From contig CAZXAN010000002.1 in NCBI GenBank assembly GCA_964638585.1, forward strand, positions 73,291 through 137,290: a stretch of 64,000 bases of DNA, written 5' to 3'. The DNA comes from an uncultured Candidatus Saccharibacteria bacterium (GTDB lineage Bacteria; Patescibacteriota; Minisyncoccia; Phycocordibacterales; Phycocordibacteraceae). Both the position numbers and the translations under genes were made by a program. Position 1 is the stretch's first letter, and every line of letters begins with the position of its first letter. The notes under the pieces were generated by a model. It was given only the letters and a program-made list of their open reading frames with translations. It was not told the DNA's origin and did no database searches. Shown piece after piece: positions 7,978 to 17,584 of this stretch.

Positions 7978-9314
7978 TCAAGTATAGCAATAGCCTTACG
8001 TATGCGCGAAGTAGATTCTGCCGGTCCTAATATTGAGATAAGAGTAAATGGGTCCGGTGAGCGTTCTTGGCCGGACAAAGCGTAACGCAGTGGCCACAAA
8101 ACGGCTCCCCTGCCCCCCTTTCCTTTTGCCTCTTCAGAGTCGGCAAGTGGCATAATGGCCTCTTTTGCCTGTGCCGCAGAAACGTCTTCTAGTAGGGCGT
8201 TTACGAGCTCTAAAAGTGCCTCAAGAGCTGATTTGGCTATGCCTGGACGGTCAGAAAGCTCTTTTTTAAGCAATAATTCACGCTCGATTTTTGGTGCAGT
8301 AAATAGACATGAAAGCTCGCCCGCGAGCAATTCCCGAGCCTCACCAAACGTCTGCGCACGCTCTTTCAATAGAGGCACAACTTTCGCAATGATGTCGGGA
8401 CGTACGACGTCCCGACCTGCATTCAGATTCATGAGAAAGTCGTCGTCAGATAGTTTGCGCATCCAGTATTGGTTGACTGAAAATAGTTTAACCTCGTCAA
8501 ATATCGCACTCCCCTTCTGCACGCGCGAAATATCAAATGCTTCAACTAATTCTTCGTGCGACAGATATTCGCGGTCGTCACCCGGGTTCCATCCGAGGAA
8601 GGCGAGGTAATTCAACATTGCTTCTGGCAATATTCCCTCATCGCGGTATTCAATAAGCGGTTTAGCACCGTTACGAGTTGAGAGCTTTGAACGGTCTGTA
8701 CCAAGAAGCAGTGGCAAATGAGTATAGCTTGGTTGTGAATAGCCGAGCGCTTGCTGGATAAGAATGTGCCGCGGTGTATTTGAAATATGATCGGCACCAC
8801 GAATGATGTGAGTAATATCAGCATCGCCGTCATCAACTACGACCGCGAGGTGGTAGAGAGGGTCATCTATAGCCCGCGCGATGACAAAGTCTCCATGCTC
8901 TGTTGTATCAAAGGTAATATCACCGCGAATCTCGTCATGGAATGTGATGGTCGTATTCGGATTTCGCAGGCGCACCACGTCAACTGTTTGAGACGGGTCA
9001 TCTTTTTTTGGTTCATGCGACACATAGGCCTTGTCCTCAGCTACAAGCTTTTTGAGTAATTCTTTGTGTCTGTCAATACGATCGCTTGAACGTACCGTAG
9101 GCTGATCAGGAATTACGCCAAGCCAATTTAAGGTATCAAAAATAACTTCTTCAGAACCCTCTTTTTCGCGAGCTTGGTCGGTGTCTTCAATACGAACTAA
9201 GAATAGACCGTTGTGTTTTTTTGCGAACAAATAGCAGAAAACGGCAGTACGATAATTACCGGCGTGTTTCAAGCCAGTTGGCGATGGAGCGAAGCGAGTA
9301 ACAACTTTTGTCAT
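7974..9314 (-). CDS. gltX: Glutamate--tRNA ligase
   Basis: RFAPSPTGLKHAGN... is the class I HIGH region. Length and organisation match GluRS. Confidence 0.85.
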   Translation of the reverse strand: MTKVVTRFAPSPTGLKHAGNYRTAVFCYLFAKKHNGLFLVRIEDTDQAREKEGSEEVIFDTLNWLGVIPDQPTVRSSDRIDRHKELLKKLVAEDKAYVSHEPKKDDPSQTVDVVRLRNPNTTITFHDEIRGDITFDTTEHGDFVIARAIDDPLYHLAVVVDDGDADITHIIRGADHISNTPRHILIQQALGYSQPSYTHLPLLLGTDRSKLSTRNGAKPLIEYRDEGILPEAMLNYLAFLGWNPGDDREYLSHEELVEAFDISRVQKGSAIFDEVKLFSVNQYWMRKLSDDDFLMNLNAGRDVVRPDIIAKVVPLLKERAQTFGEARELLAGELSCLFTAPKIERELLLKKELSDRPGIAKSALEALLELVNALLEDVSAAQAKEAIMPLADSEEAKGKGGRGAVLWPLRYALSGQERSPDPFTLISILGPAESTSRIRKAIAILE

Positions 9315-10450
9315 GATTCGTGAGGCAGAGCGATAGAGAGAACCTCTTTCGCCAATATGCGAGCAGAGTCTGGGTCGGTAAAGCCAGCTGCAGAATCTCC
9401 CATGCGTTTTGCGAGCGCTGGGTCACCTATGATCCTGCGGACTTCTGATACAAACAGATTTGGCGAGAGATTGTCTTCTTCGAGAACGACTGCGGCACCA
9501 GTCTTGGCATATGCATATGCGTTAGAGCGCTGGTCGTGACTCACTGATTCAGGAATTGGGATGATAATCGCTGGTTTCTTCCATAGACCGATCTCAGCAA
9601 TCGCGCTTGCTCCGGCACGTGAGACAACCACGTCCATCACGCCAGCCGCTCTCTGCATAGACACTTGGTCCATATAGCCTATCGGGTGATATCTAGCCGC
9701 GTATGGATTCTTTTCTAGTTCAACCTGTGCAACCGCAGATACGTTCTTAAAGTTTGCTTGGCCGGTCTGATGGATTATGTTACCGATAGAAACAAGTTCT
9801 GGAAGGCATGAAAGCACCGTTTCGTTTATCTTCACTGCGCCCTGAGAACCGCCGAGAATAAGAACAGTCGGGACGTCGGGTTCAAGCCCCAGATATTGTT
9901 GTGCTCCTTCTGTCTCAACGCGCATAAGAGCCTTCCTGATCGGGATACCAGTCCTGGCGATTTTGTCCTGTGCTTTCTTTGGAAAGTACTGTGCAGAATC
10001 TTCAAAAGAGATTGCGATTCTTTTTGCGAATTTGGATGCATATAGATTTGCGCGCCCCGGCTTAGCGTCTGACTCATGAATAATTATAGGTATGCGAAGC
10101 AGGTGTGCAGCAGTTACAGTCGGTACACTCCCGTAACCGCCTTTGCTCACTATAACGTCTGGGTAGATACGATAGAGCGTTAAGATTGCTCGGATTAGTC
10201 CTGCAAATGAAACGAACAAGTCAGTAAAATTTCGTATAGAGAAATAACGACGCGACTTTCCTGCTGGCACGTGTATATAGGTAATGCCGTTTTCAAACAG
10301 AGCCTTTTCGTCAAAGATGTTCGGCGCGAGATAGTATAGCTTTGGCGCTATAAGACGCTCTTCACGGACGATGTCAGAGAGAGCCTCGGCGATAGCAATA
10401 ATTGGATAGAAATGCCCTCCTGTCCCTCCCCCAGTAAACGCGATTTTCAT
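9311..10450 (-). CDS. murG: MurG, the undecaprenyl-PP-MurNAc-pentapeptide UDP-GlcNAc transferase
   Basis: N-terminal GGGTGGHFYP, GT-B fold length, and dcw context. Confidence 0.85.
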   Translation of the reverse strand: MKIAFTGGGTGGHFYPIIAIAEALSDIVREERLIAPKLYYLAPNIFDEKALFENGITYIHVPAGKSRRYFSIRNFTDLFVSFAGLIRAILTLYRIYPDVIVSKGGYGSVPTVTAAHLLRIPIIIHESDAKPGRANLYASKFAKRIAISFEDSAQYFPKKAQDKIARTGIPIRKALMRVETEGAQQYLGLEPDVPTVLILGGSQGAVKINETVLSCLPELVSIGNIIHQTGQANFKNVSAVAQVELEKNPYAARYHPIGYMDQVSMQRAAGVMDVVVSRAGASAIAEIGLWKKPAIIIPIPESVSHDQRSNAYAYAKTGAAVVLEEDNLSPNLFVSEVRRIIGDPALAKRMGDSAAGFTDPDSARILAKEVLSIALPHES

Positions 10451-10542
10451 AATACGTAAAGTATACCCTACCCTTCTTCATATAAAAACAAAACCGCCGC
10501 GTGTCATACCGCGGCGGCGTAGGTACAGAAACCCCACCTTTT

Positions 10543-11487
10543 TCACTCAGTCCGATAGAGTTCTCGTCGGATCATGCCACTGAGTGCAGCTAGACCGCAA
10601 AGAAGTGTTGTCTGCTGATGATGTCCGTCGACATTGTGACAGTGCAATTCTATTGGTCCCGAGGCTTCGCGTAGACTTCCATCCACGTATAGACCACACG
10701 CATTCCCAGGAACATCAAGAATGAGCTGTCCATTGTTACGAATGTCAGCACGATAACTGTAGTCATCGAATCGCTGGTAACTCGGAAACATCCGCTCGTA
10801 GACTCTTTTTAGAGCGCCCTTCACCGTCGGCAATTCCTTATTTGAGTGCGAGCGTAGGTAGTCACAAAGAGTCCTTGAGAGTGTGGCACCGATAAACGCT
10901 CGACCTCTCTCAAAATTCGTTCGCACAGTTAGGAGTTGTTGGGGCGTGTTAGTGATTCCGGCAAGCCACTTCTTATCAGGCATTTCCAGGATCTGGAAAA
11001 GGAGGCTGAATGTCGCAGCAATGCAGTCAAGAGAATCCCAGTCGTGCATAGTTTCTCTGCCTGTTTTACTGCAATGAAAACACTCCCAGTCATCGTCGGT
11101 TATGCCGCTACCTTCGCAGTTTTCGCACTCGCCGGCATCTTTTTCGATTTGAGGAATGACGACGGCGTACTCACGAAGACCGTTACTTTTTGTTCGCCGG
11201 TACGGGTTGAGTATTCCACTGAAACCCCATGGCTTATCAACATCAAGGTGAAAGTTAGTCGTGACGTCATATTCCTTCAGACGTTCTTGATAACCGGCAA
11301 GCCAGGTCAGCTTGGGTAGTACATCGAGGATGTGACGAAATGGTTCTTCAGCAAAACCAATGACCAATAGTGGTACTGGCGGAAGATCTAGAGGTAGCTC
11401 GGCCGGATCGACTCCGTACATCAGGTCTAGAGTAAACCACTCTGGGTAATCGTTAAGGCCGAGATGAACATAATCAAATTGTCGCAT
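10543..11487 (-). CDS. Hypothetical cysteine-rich cytoplasmic protein of 314 aa, inserted between ftsW and murG
   Basis: No family recognised. Cys cluster CENCEGSG...WECFHCSKTG plus further Cys/His (LHCHNVDGHH). No TM. Confidence 0.5.
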   Translation of the reverse strand: MRQFDYVHLGLNDYPEWFTLDLMYGVDPAELPLDLPPVPLLVIGFAEEPFRHILDVLPKLTWLAGYQERLKEYDVTTNFHLDVDKPWGFSGILNPYRRTKSNGLREYAVVIPQIEKDAGECENCEGSGITDDDWECFHCSKTGRETMHDWDSLDCIAATFSLLFQILEMPDKKWLAGITNTPQQLLTVRTNFERGRAFIGATLSRTLCDYLRSHSNKELPTVKGALKRVYERMFPSYQRFDDYSYRADIRNNGQLILDVPGNACGLYVDGSLREASGPIELHCHNVDGHHQQTTLLCGLAALSGMIRRELYRTE

Positions 11488-11645
11488 GACGTAACCTCCG
11501 TTTAGGGTTGAACATCTTTCTGAGTAGAAAGTTATACCGCCACTACATATAAGTCAAATTTTCAGCACTATTCAAAATACATGACGGTCGTCCACTATAT
11601 TGGATACCCGATTTTTTCGTTTGTATTCAAACGAGTAAAAATCGC

Positions 11646-11669
11646 GTCGGAAATGAGCACATTTCCGAC
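11646..11669. terminator. Perfect hairpin GTCGGAAATG-AGCA-CATTTCCGAC, 4 nt after the ftsW stop, with a T-run on the minus strand; terminator of ftsW
   Basis: 10-bp perfect stem. On the minus strand it is followed by GATTTTTAC. It shares GTCGGAAAT arms with the hairpin at 39882-39917. Confidence 0.55.
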
Positions 11670-11673
11670 GTAA

Positions 11674-12771
11674 TCAAGATTTTTTATGGGCGGCGACGTT
11701 GAGGATTAGACCGCACATTATGAGTACAGCCATAAGCGCCGTACCACCGTGAGATATAAACGGCAACGGTAAACCAGTAAGTGGGATTATGTTAAGCATC
11801 GCGCCTATATTTACAAACGCTTGGAAAATTATTATGAACGAGAATCCGAGTGCGACAAGTGCGCCAAAGAGGTCACGCGAATTCCCTGCTATGACGATAC
11901 CTCGCGAGGCAAGCCCCATAAATAACGCGAGCAGTATTACAGCCCCCACAAATCCAGTTTCTTCTGCAAAAACTGCGAATATTGAGTCGCCCTCTGGTTC
12001 TGGCAGATAATTAAACTTTCCTACGCTTTGACCAAAACCTCTACCCAAGAGACCTCCAGAGCCTATAGCTATAAGTGATTGTTGTATTTGATACCCGCTT
12101 GTTAGAGAGTTAGCTGATGGATTTATAAATGTTTTTACACGTTCAAGAACGTACGGGCGTGCGACCACGACCAGCCCAAACACTACAATCGCGCAGATGG
12201 CTAAGATACCAAAGTCTCTCATTGATGCTCCAACTACGAAGTACATTACTGCTCCTGTAGCGACAATCAGAAGTGCTGTTGATGTGTTTGGTTGTGCTAG
12301 AAGAATGATCACGGGGATCGCCACTATAGCGACAAAAGGCATAATCCCTTTCTTCGGATTCGCCAGTTCTCGTGCCCGAGGAGCAAGCCACCATGCCATC
12401 ATCAATACAAATCCTATCTTTAAGAATTCGGCTGGTTGTACAGTGGCAAAACCTAGGCTAATCCAGCGAGTCGCCCCGCCAGAACTTAAGCCTATACCGG
12501 GAACAAATACTAGTGCAGTAAAGATGAGTGTCACTACATAAATATAAGGTGCAGAAACTTTAATCCAATTGAGCGGGAACATTCTTGCTAGAATAAGTGC
12601 GACGAATCCGAGTCCTATCCCAAGCCCTGATTGAAATAAGATATCGCGTGAGAGCGAGCCGCTCTCTCGTGCCAAGAGACCTAGAGAGGCAGAAGAGAAT
12701 ATTGCTAGACCAATAAAAACGATTACGAGCACGAGCATGAAGAAGACTCGGTCGCCAGATACAAACTTCAT
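11674..12771 (-). CDS. ftsW: SEDS-family peptidoglycan glycosyltransferase FtsW/RodA
   Basis: Ten-TM topology and conserved SEDS segments (...NPSANSLTSGYQIQQSLIAIGSGGLLG...). Confidence 0.85.
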   Translation of the reverse strand: MKFVSGDRVFFMLVLVIVFIGLAIFSSASLGLLARESGSLSRDILFQSGLGIGLGFVALILARMFPLNWIKVSAPYIYVVTLIFTALVFVPGIGLSSGGATRWISLGFATVQPAEFLKIGFVLMMAWWLAPRARELANPKKGIMPFVAIVAIPVIILLAQPNTSTALLIVATGAVMYFVVGASMRDFGILAICAIVVFGLVVVARPYVLERVKTFINPSANSLTSGYQIQQSLIAIGSGGLLGRGFGQSVGKFNYLPEPEGDSIFAVFAEETGFVGAVILLALFMGLASRGIVIAGNSRDLFGALVALGFSFIIIFQAFVNIGAMLNIIPLTGLPLPFISHGGTALMAVLIMCGLILNVAAHKKS

Positions 12772-12773
12772 AA

Positions 12774-13850
12774 TTATTTAAGAAGAGCTACCGTCATACC
12801 AATGATTGCGCACACAATTGAGATTATCCAGTAGCGCATCGTGACCTTGTATGAAGGCCACCCTATCGCTTCAAAATGATGATGTAAGGGAGCAATGCGA
12901 AAAACTTTTTTACCTCTAAATTTTTTTGAAGCAACTTGAATGATATTAGAAGCCACTGTAACGACGAGTGGAAACGCAATTATGGGTAGTGCCGCCACAC
13001 CATATCCCTCGCCCGGTGTGTCTGTCATAAATGCGATAACAGCTAGAGTCAGAGTCAGGCCCATTGTCCCTGTCTCGGTCATCCAGAATCGAGCGGGCGG
13101 GATATTGAACCAGAGAAATGCAAGTATCGCACCAGTAAGAGTAGCGCAGAAAGCCGCGAGATTTATCTGATTTTGGAAATATGCAATGCCAGCATAAGCC
13201 ATAAATGCTGTACTGAAGATACCTCCAGCTAACCCATCAATCCCATCTATCACTCCTCCTGCGTATAAGCATATTGATACTAATATAAAAAGAGGAACTA
13301 TTAATGCGCCGAGATATAGTGTGCCGTCTCCTGGGATACCTACGGCGACCATTCCTAGCTTTACATAGAACCACCAACCTATAATACTTGAGATAAGAGT
13401 CACAAATAGAAGACGTGTGCGTAAAATTATCCCCCTCTCGCCAGACGGATGTATATCAAGAAGGTCGTTTACAAGTCCGACTATGGCGCCGGTGATTAGT
13501 GCAAAGAGAGGTACCCAAGTCTGGCTACGGCTTAAGAAATCTAGTTTCTCTGCCAGTGGTATCGGCACGAGCCGTGCGAATATCCAGAGACCAAGTGTGA
13601 CGAGGAGAACAGTAACCCAGATTAGAATACCTCCCATTCGTGGAGTTGAAGTCTCGGTACCTGTATGCATGGTCATGCGAAGTTTCTCAAATTCAACTGC
13701 CGGCGTCCCGTCTATTGCTACCTTGCTGACCGTTTTTTTCCACACGCGATGTTTATATAGGTAATGAGTTAGAAGCGGAGCAAGTAATATGCCTATGACA
13801 AATGCTGCTGTCGCTGGTATAAAAACTTTAATTATATCGATAGTTAACAT
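12774..13850 (-). CDS. mraY: Phospho-N-acetylmuramoyl-pentapeptide transferase
   Basis: Hallmark APLHHHFE motif and polytopic membrane topology. Confidence 0.9.
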   Translation of the reverse strand: MLTIDIIKVFIPATAAFVIGILLAPLLTHYLYKHRVWKKTVSKVAIDGTPAVEFEKLRMTMHTGTETSTPRMGGILIWVTVLLVTLGLWIFARLVPIPLAEKLDFLSRSQTWVPLFALITGAIVGLVNDLLDIHPSGERGIILRTRLLFVTLISSIIGWWFYVKLGMVAVGIPGDGTLYLGALIVPLFILVSICLYAGGVIDGIDGLAGGIFSTAFMAYAGIAYFQNQINLAAFCATLTGAILAFLWFNIPPARFWMTETGTMGLTLTLAVIAFMTDTPGEGYGVAALPIIAFPLVVTVASNIIQVASKKFRGKKVFRIAPLHHHFEAIGWPSYKVTMRYWIISIVCAIIGMTVALLK

Positions 13851-13857
13851 AACGCAA

Positions 13858-14817
13858 TCATAGAGACTCTATGTCGGCAAAATGTGCAAGCGTAGCAGAC
13901 ACAAGCTCGTAGCTGTCTGTAAAACGCGAGTTCATTGTTGAACCTAAGACAATTACTGCAATCGGATGAGATATACCTGCGTCAAACACGAGCGCCATGT
14001 TCCCTCCCGCTAAGTCTGTATATCCGGTTTTAGACAATATCAAACGAGGCAGAGTATCAATTATCGTGTCTGTATTGATAACAGAAAAAGACTTGCCATC
14101 TTTTGACACTGCTTGCACAGAGGCCATAGTTGTCGCATCAACGACCGTTGGAGCCTGTTCTATTAAGGCCTTTGCCAGACTAGCCATATCTCGCGCAGAA
14201 CCGTATCCGCCAGAGACAGAGGCGCTTGCATCAAGCCCGCTCTCGTTGACAGCATAGGTCTGAGACAATCCAAGCGAAGCGATAGCCCCAGCAAGCATGT
14301 CTTTTTGCGAGAGGTTTGTCCTCTCTCCAGTGGCTGTTGCAATTGCGACTGCACCATCGTTTAGTGACGCTGTAAGAGTGAGACGAGCAAGATCGTAGAG
14401 TGTAAATGTCTGGCCAGCAGAAAAAGCGTGTGGTCCGTCAAGACCAATTGCATTTGCTGGGATAGTTATTGGCGTATCCAAAGAGAGTTTTGTGAGGGCA
14501 GCGTACACTGTTATAAGTTTTGTAAGTGATGCAAGCGGTAACTGTGCGTCAGCATTTTTCTCATAAAGAGCCTCTCCTGTTACAAGGTCATAAACTATTG
14601 CGGCCTTTGCTTCAACCGCAATCTTGGCAAATGCGTCTGGTGCCGTGGAAGTCAGACTTCCGGGACTTGTATTTGAAGCCTGATTTCCTGGCACGCTTTG
14701 TGTCGTTGGCAAAAAGAGAAATAGCGCGAGCAAAATAGATGTGGCAGTAAGCGCAATACCCATTTCGCGCATCCTGCGAGTGTAGTTAGCCAATTTTTTA
14801 AGTTCTTCAGTATTCAT
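13858..14817 (-). CDS. D-alanyl-D-alanine carboxypeptidase (peptidase S11, PBP5-like)
   Basis: Signal anchor. SxxK motif ASLTKLIT and the SxN/KTG-like regions. Confidence 0.75.
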   Translation of the reverse strand: MNTEELKKLANYTRRMREMGIALTATSILLALFLFLPTTQSVPGNQASNTSPGSLTSTAPDAFAKIAVEAKAAIVYDLVTGEALYEKNADAQLPLASLTKLITVYAALTKLSLDTPITIPANAIGLDGPHAFSAGQTFTLYDLARLTLTASLNDGAVAIATATGERTNLSQKDMLAGAIASLGLSQTYAVNESGLDASASVSGGYGSARDMASLAKALIEQAPTVVDATTMASVQAVSKDGKSFSVINTDTIIDTLPRLILSKTGYTDLAGGNMALVFDAGISHPIAVIVLGSTMNSRFTDSYELVSATLAHFADIESL

Positions 14818-14822
14818 ATTGC

Positions 14823-15374
14823 TTAATCTTCTTCGACGTTCGCAGCTTCGGCATCAATGACTGCTCGCGCGCCATCAGATAACTCGGCGGTGCGCGGGAG
14901 CTCGTCAATGCTACTAATGCCAAGATGTGCGAGAGCCTCTGTCGTGAGACTGTATCTAATTCGGCGTTTATCACGCTCGTCCTCCCTACCTTCTATAAGT
15001 CCGCGCATAAGAAGTGTGCGGAGCGAGGCAGACGAGTTCACACCGCGCACCCAGTCTACTTCTCCTCGCGTCGTACCAGTTCCGTACGCGATAACAGCGA
15101 GTGTTTCCAGACTCGCCTTGCCCAAATCACGCGAGAGCTCGCTCTCGCGGAGTTTCTTCACTATCCCAGCCGCCTCGGGGGCCGTGCGCATCTCTATCTC
15201 CCCCTCTGTCTCAATGATGGACACGCCGTGTCCATCAAGCTGTGTAGAGAGGGCTTTAAGCGCGATTTTTAACTCTGAATCTTTAATGCCAAGCAGTTTC
15301 ATCAGGTGCTTTTTATCAAGTGGTTCGCCAGAGGCGAAAAGTAGCGCTTCAAGTGCGGCTGGAGGTGTGAGCAT
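14823..15374 (-). CDS. scpB: Segregation and condensation protein B
   Basis: Tandem winged-helix ScpB pattern (LEALLFASGEPL..., TLAVIAYGTGTTRGEVDWVRG). Confidence 0.8.
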   Translation of the reverse strand: MLTPPAALEALLFASGEPLDKKHLMKLLGIKDSELKIALKALSTQLDGHGVSIIETEGEIEMRTAPEAAGIVKKLRESELSRDLGKASLETLAVIAYGTGTTRGEVDWVRGVNSSASLRTLLMRGLIEGREDERDKRRIRYSLTTEALAHLGISSIDELPRTAELSDGARAVIDAEAANVEED

Positions 15375-15435
15375 TGCTCTCTATTGTAGCTGATGCATCC
15401 CCTCCTCGGCAACGTGCCCTCTTGTGGATGTTAAA

Positions 15436-16158
15436 TCAACCGTAGTGCGGGACGGAGGCAGAGGTGGTGTGAGAAATGCGAATATCGCCGTGTTCGCCAT
15501 ATTGTTCGGCGGCGACAGCACCTTGCTTTACAAGCTCGAGCAACGCAAGAAATGAAACTATAACCTCTACTTTTTCCTTGTTGCTACCCGCAAAATCTTT
15601 AAACGATATAGTCATGGCGCTCTGCACGCGCTTGGCGAGTTGGTCCATCATTTCCTCTATCGTAACTAGTGGCTTTACGCGTGCTTCGGGTAGTTGTTCT
15701 ACTTCTTCACGAGCGGCGAGGACGCGCGCTAGCGCTTCGGCTAGCGCGTCTTTTGATAAATCGCGCGAGGGCGCAAATGTGACTTCAGGCGGTCGCTCCC
15801 CTGCCGGTACCATTACGGTTTTGCCAAAGATGCGCGAGAGCTCGCGCGACGCTTCGCGCACTTTTTCATATGCCTCAAGCCTGTGCTTCAGGTCTTCAAC
15901 ATCTGCTGTCTCCTCTTCTGTGAGAGCTAAGTCAGGAATTAAAGACTTTGATTTTATTAAAAGTAGTGTAGCGGCTATTTGTATGAATGTCGCTGTCTCT
16001 TCTACCGGAAATTTCTCTTGTGCGCGAACGTGCTGAATGTAGTCTTCAGTAATTGATGCGAGTGCGAGCTCATTGACCAGAAGCTTTCTCTGCTCTATCA
16101 GGTCAAGCAATACCTCAAACGGCCCTTCGTATGAGTCTGTTTTTATGTTAAACGGCAT
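15436..16158 (-). CDS. scpA: Segregation and condensation protein A
   Basis: N-terminal FEGPFEVLLDLI... is the ScpA kleisin motif. Adjacent to scpB. Confidence 0.8.
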   Translation of the reverse strand: MPFNIKTDSYEGPFEVLLDLIEQRKLLVNELALASITEDYIQHVRAQEKFPVEETATFIQIAATLLLIKSKSLIPDLALTEEETADVEDLKHRLEAYEKVREASRELSRIFGKTVMVPAGERPPEVTFAPSRDLSKDALAEALARVLAAREEVEQLPEARVKPLVTIEEMMDQLAKRVQSAMTISFKDFAGSNKEKVEVIVSFLALLELVKQGAVAAEQYGEHGDIRISHTTSASVPHYG

Positions 16159-17584
16159 ATTGTTCTATAAAGCGTAGCAGGAGACGCACAGGTGCGCCCG
16201 CCGCACCCTTGGATAACTCATCGCCGGGCGCTGATGTCATCCGCGAAGCCATATCGATATGCGCCCACGGGCAGTTGAGCTCCTTGGCGAATTGCCAGAG
16301 GAACATTGCGCCATCTATCGCTCCACCGTAACGGCTCGTAGAGCCCCCAGGGACATTCTTAAGGTCCGCGAAGTCGCCTTTTACACGGTCTTCATATTCG
16401 TCCCAGAGCGGTAGCCGCCATGTGTAGTCGCCAGATTCTTCGGCAGCTTTTTCTAATGCACTCGCTAATCTGTCGTCGCGCGTGAGCACTCCGCTTGCGT
16501 AGAGCCCGAGCGCGGATATCACTGCGCCCGTGAGAGTCGCGACGTCTATCACAACGGCCGGTTTAAATCGTTTCGCATACGTGAGCGCGTCCGCGAGAAT
16601 AATGCGACCCTCGGCATCAGTGTCCAGCACTTCTATCGTCTTGCCTGAGAGCGACTTTAAGATATCGCCTGGGCGGTATGCCTCGTTGCCCGGCATGTTC
16701 TCTACTGAAGGCAAGAGGCCAATAACGTGCTGTTTTAACTTTAATCGCGCGGCGAGTGCTACTGTGTGGACCACAGAGGCTGCGCCCGACATATCCATGT
16801 GCATCTCATAGATACTGTTTGACGGCTTTAAGTTTAATCCCCCGCTGTCAAACGTGACTCCCTTACCTGCAAAAACGATGGGACCCTTATCGTTTTTGCC
16901 CCGAGCGTTAGTCGAGGGGCGGTATTCAAGAATAGTAAACGTCGGCTCTTCAGTAGAACCTTTCGCGACGCCGAGGATGGCGCCCATACCAAGTTTCTGC
17001 ATTTCTTTCTTGCCGAGCACCGTTACTTTTACAGGAAGGCCTTTCATCGCGTCTTTGGCTGCTCTAGCAAGAACAGTTGGGGTCATGTCGCCGCCAGGAG
17101 TGTTCGCGAGCGCTCTGCATGCGTTCACCGCCTTCCCTATCTCCTGACCTTTTGTATAGGCCTTTTCAATTAAGTTTGAGGACCTTCCGTACAGAAGAAT
17201 CTCGTCAACAGAATTCCAGCCCTCATTCGGCTGAGTCTTAAAATGGTTGAAGTCATAGTTCGCCATTTCAAAGTTCTCGGCCGCGAGTTGCGAGGTGTGC
17301 TCCGGACTAAGTTTTTGCAAATTTTTAAATAATTCAGGCGTCTCATCAAACTGAATTGCAATCTTTTTTATCTTGTTAGCTTTTGCAGACTGGATAACAG
17401 AACGGCACAAAATTATAAATTTGCGCGCGTTCATCTCGCTCCACTTCCCTGTCCCGATTTCTAGAGACTCAATCCCGTTCTCTTTTATAAAACGCTTTGT
17501 GCCTTTTGGTTTATCAGTTAAGGCGATACGTACGTACCCCTTTGGCGCGTCTGCGAGCGATCCCTTTTTTACAACTATCTTCAT
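16148..17584 (-). CDS. pepA: Leucyl aminopeptidase (M17)
   Basis: NTDAEGR-type motif VLDTDAEGRIILADALTYA and the M17 catalytic-domain length. Confidence 0.85.
   Translation of the reverse strand: MKIVVKKGSLADAPKGYVRIALTDKPKGTKRFIKENGIESLEIGTGKWSEMNARKFIILCRSVIQSAKANKIKKIAIQFDETPELFKNLQKLSPEHTSQLAAENFEMANYDFNHFKTQPNEGWNSVDEILLYGRSSNLIEKAYTKGQEIGKAVNACRALANTPGGDMTPTVLARAAKDAMKGLPVKVTVLGKKEMQKLGMGAILGVAKGSTEEPTFTILEYRPSTNARGKNDKGPIVFAGKGVTFDSGGLNLKPSNSIYEMHMDMSGAASVVHTVALAARLKLKQHVIGLLPSVENMPGNEAYRPGDILKSLSGKTIEVLDTDAEGRIILADALTYAKRFKPAVVIDVATLTGAVISALGLYASGVLTRDDRLASALEKAAEESGDYTWRLPLWDEYEDRVKGDFADLKNVPGGSTSRYGGAIDGAMFLWQFAKELNCPWAHIDMASRMTSAPGDELSKGAAGAPVRLLLRFIEQYAV

Noticed and set aside
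8155-8610. 151-aa plus-strand ORF
   Set aside because: It lies antisense within gltX and is Ser/Arg-rich and low-complexity. Spurious.
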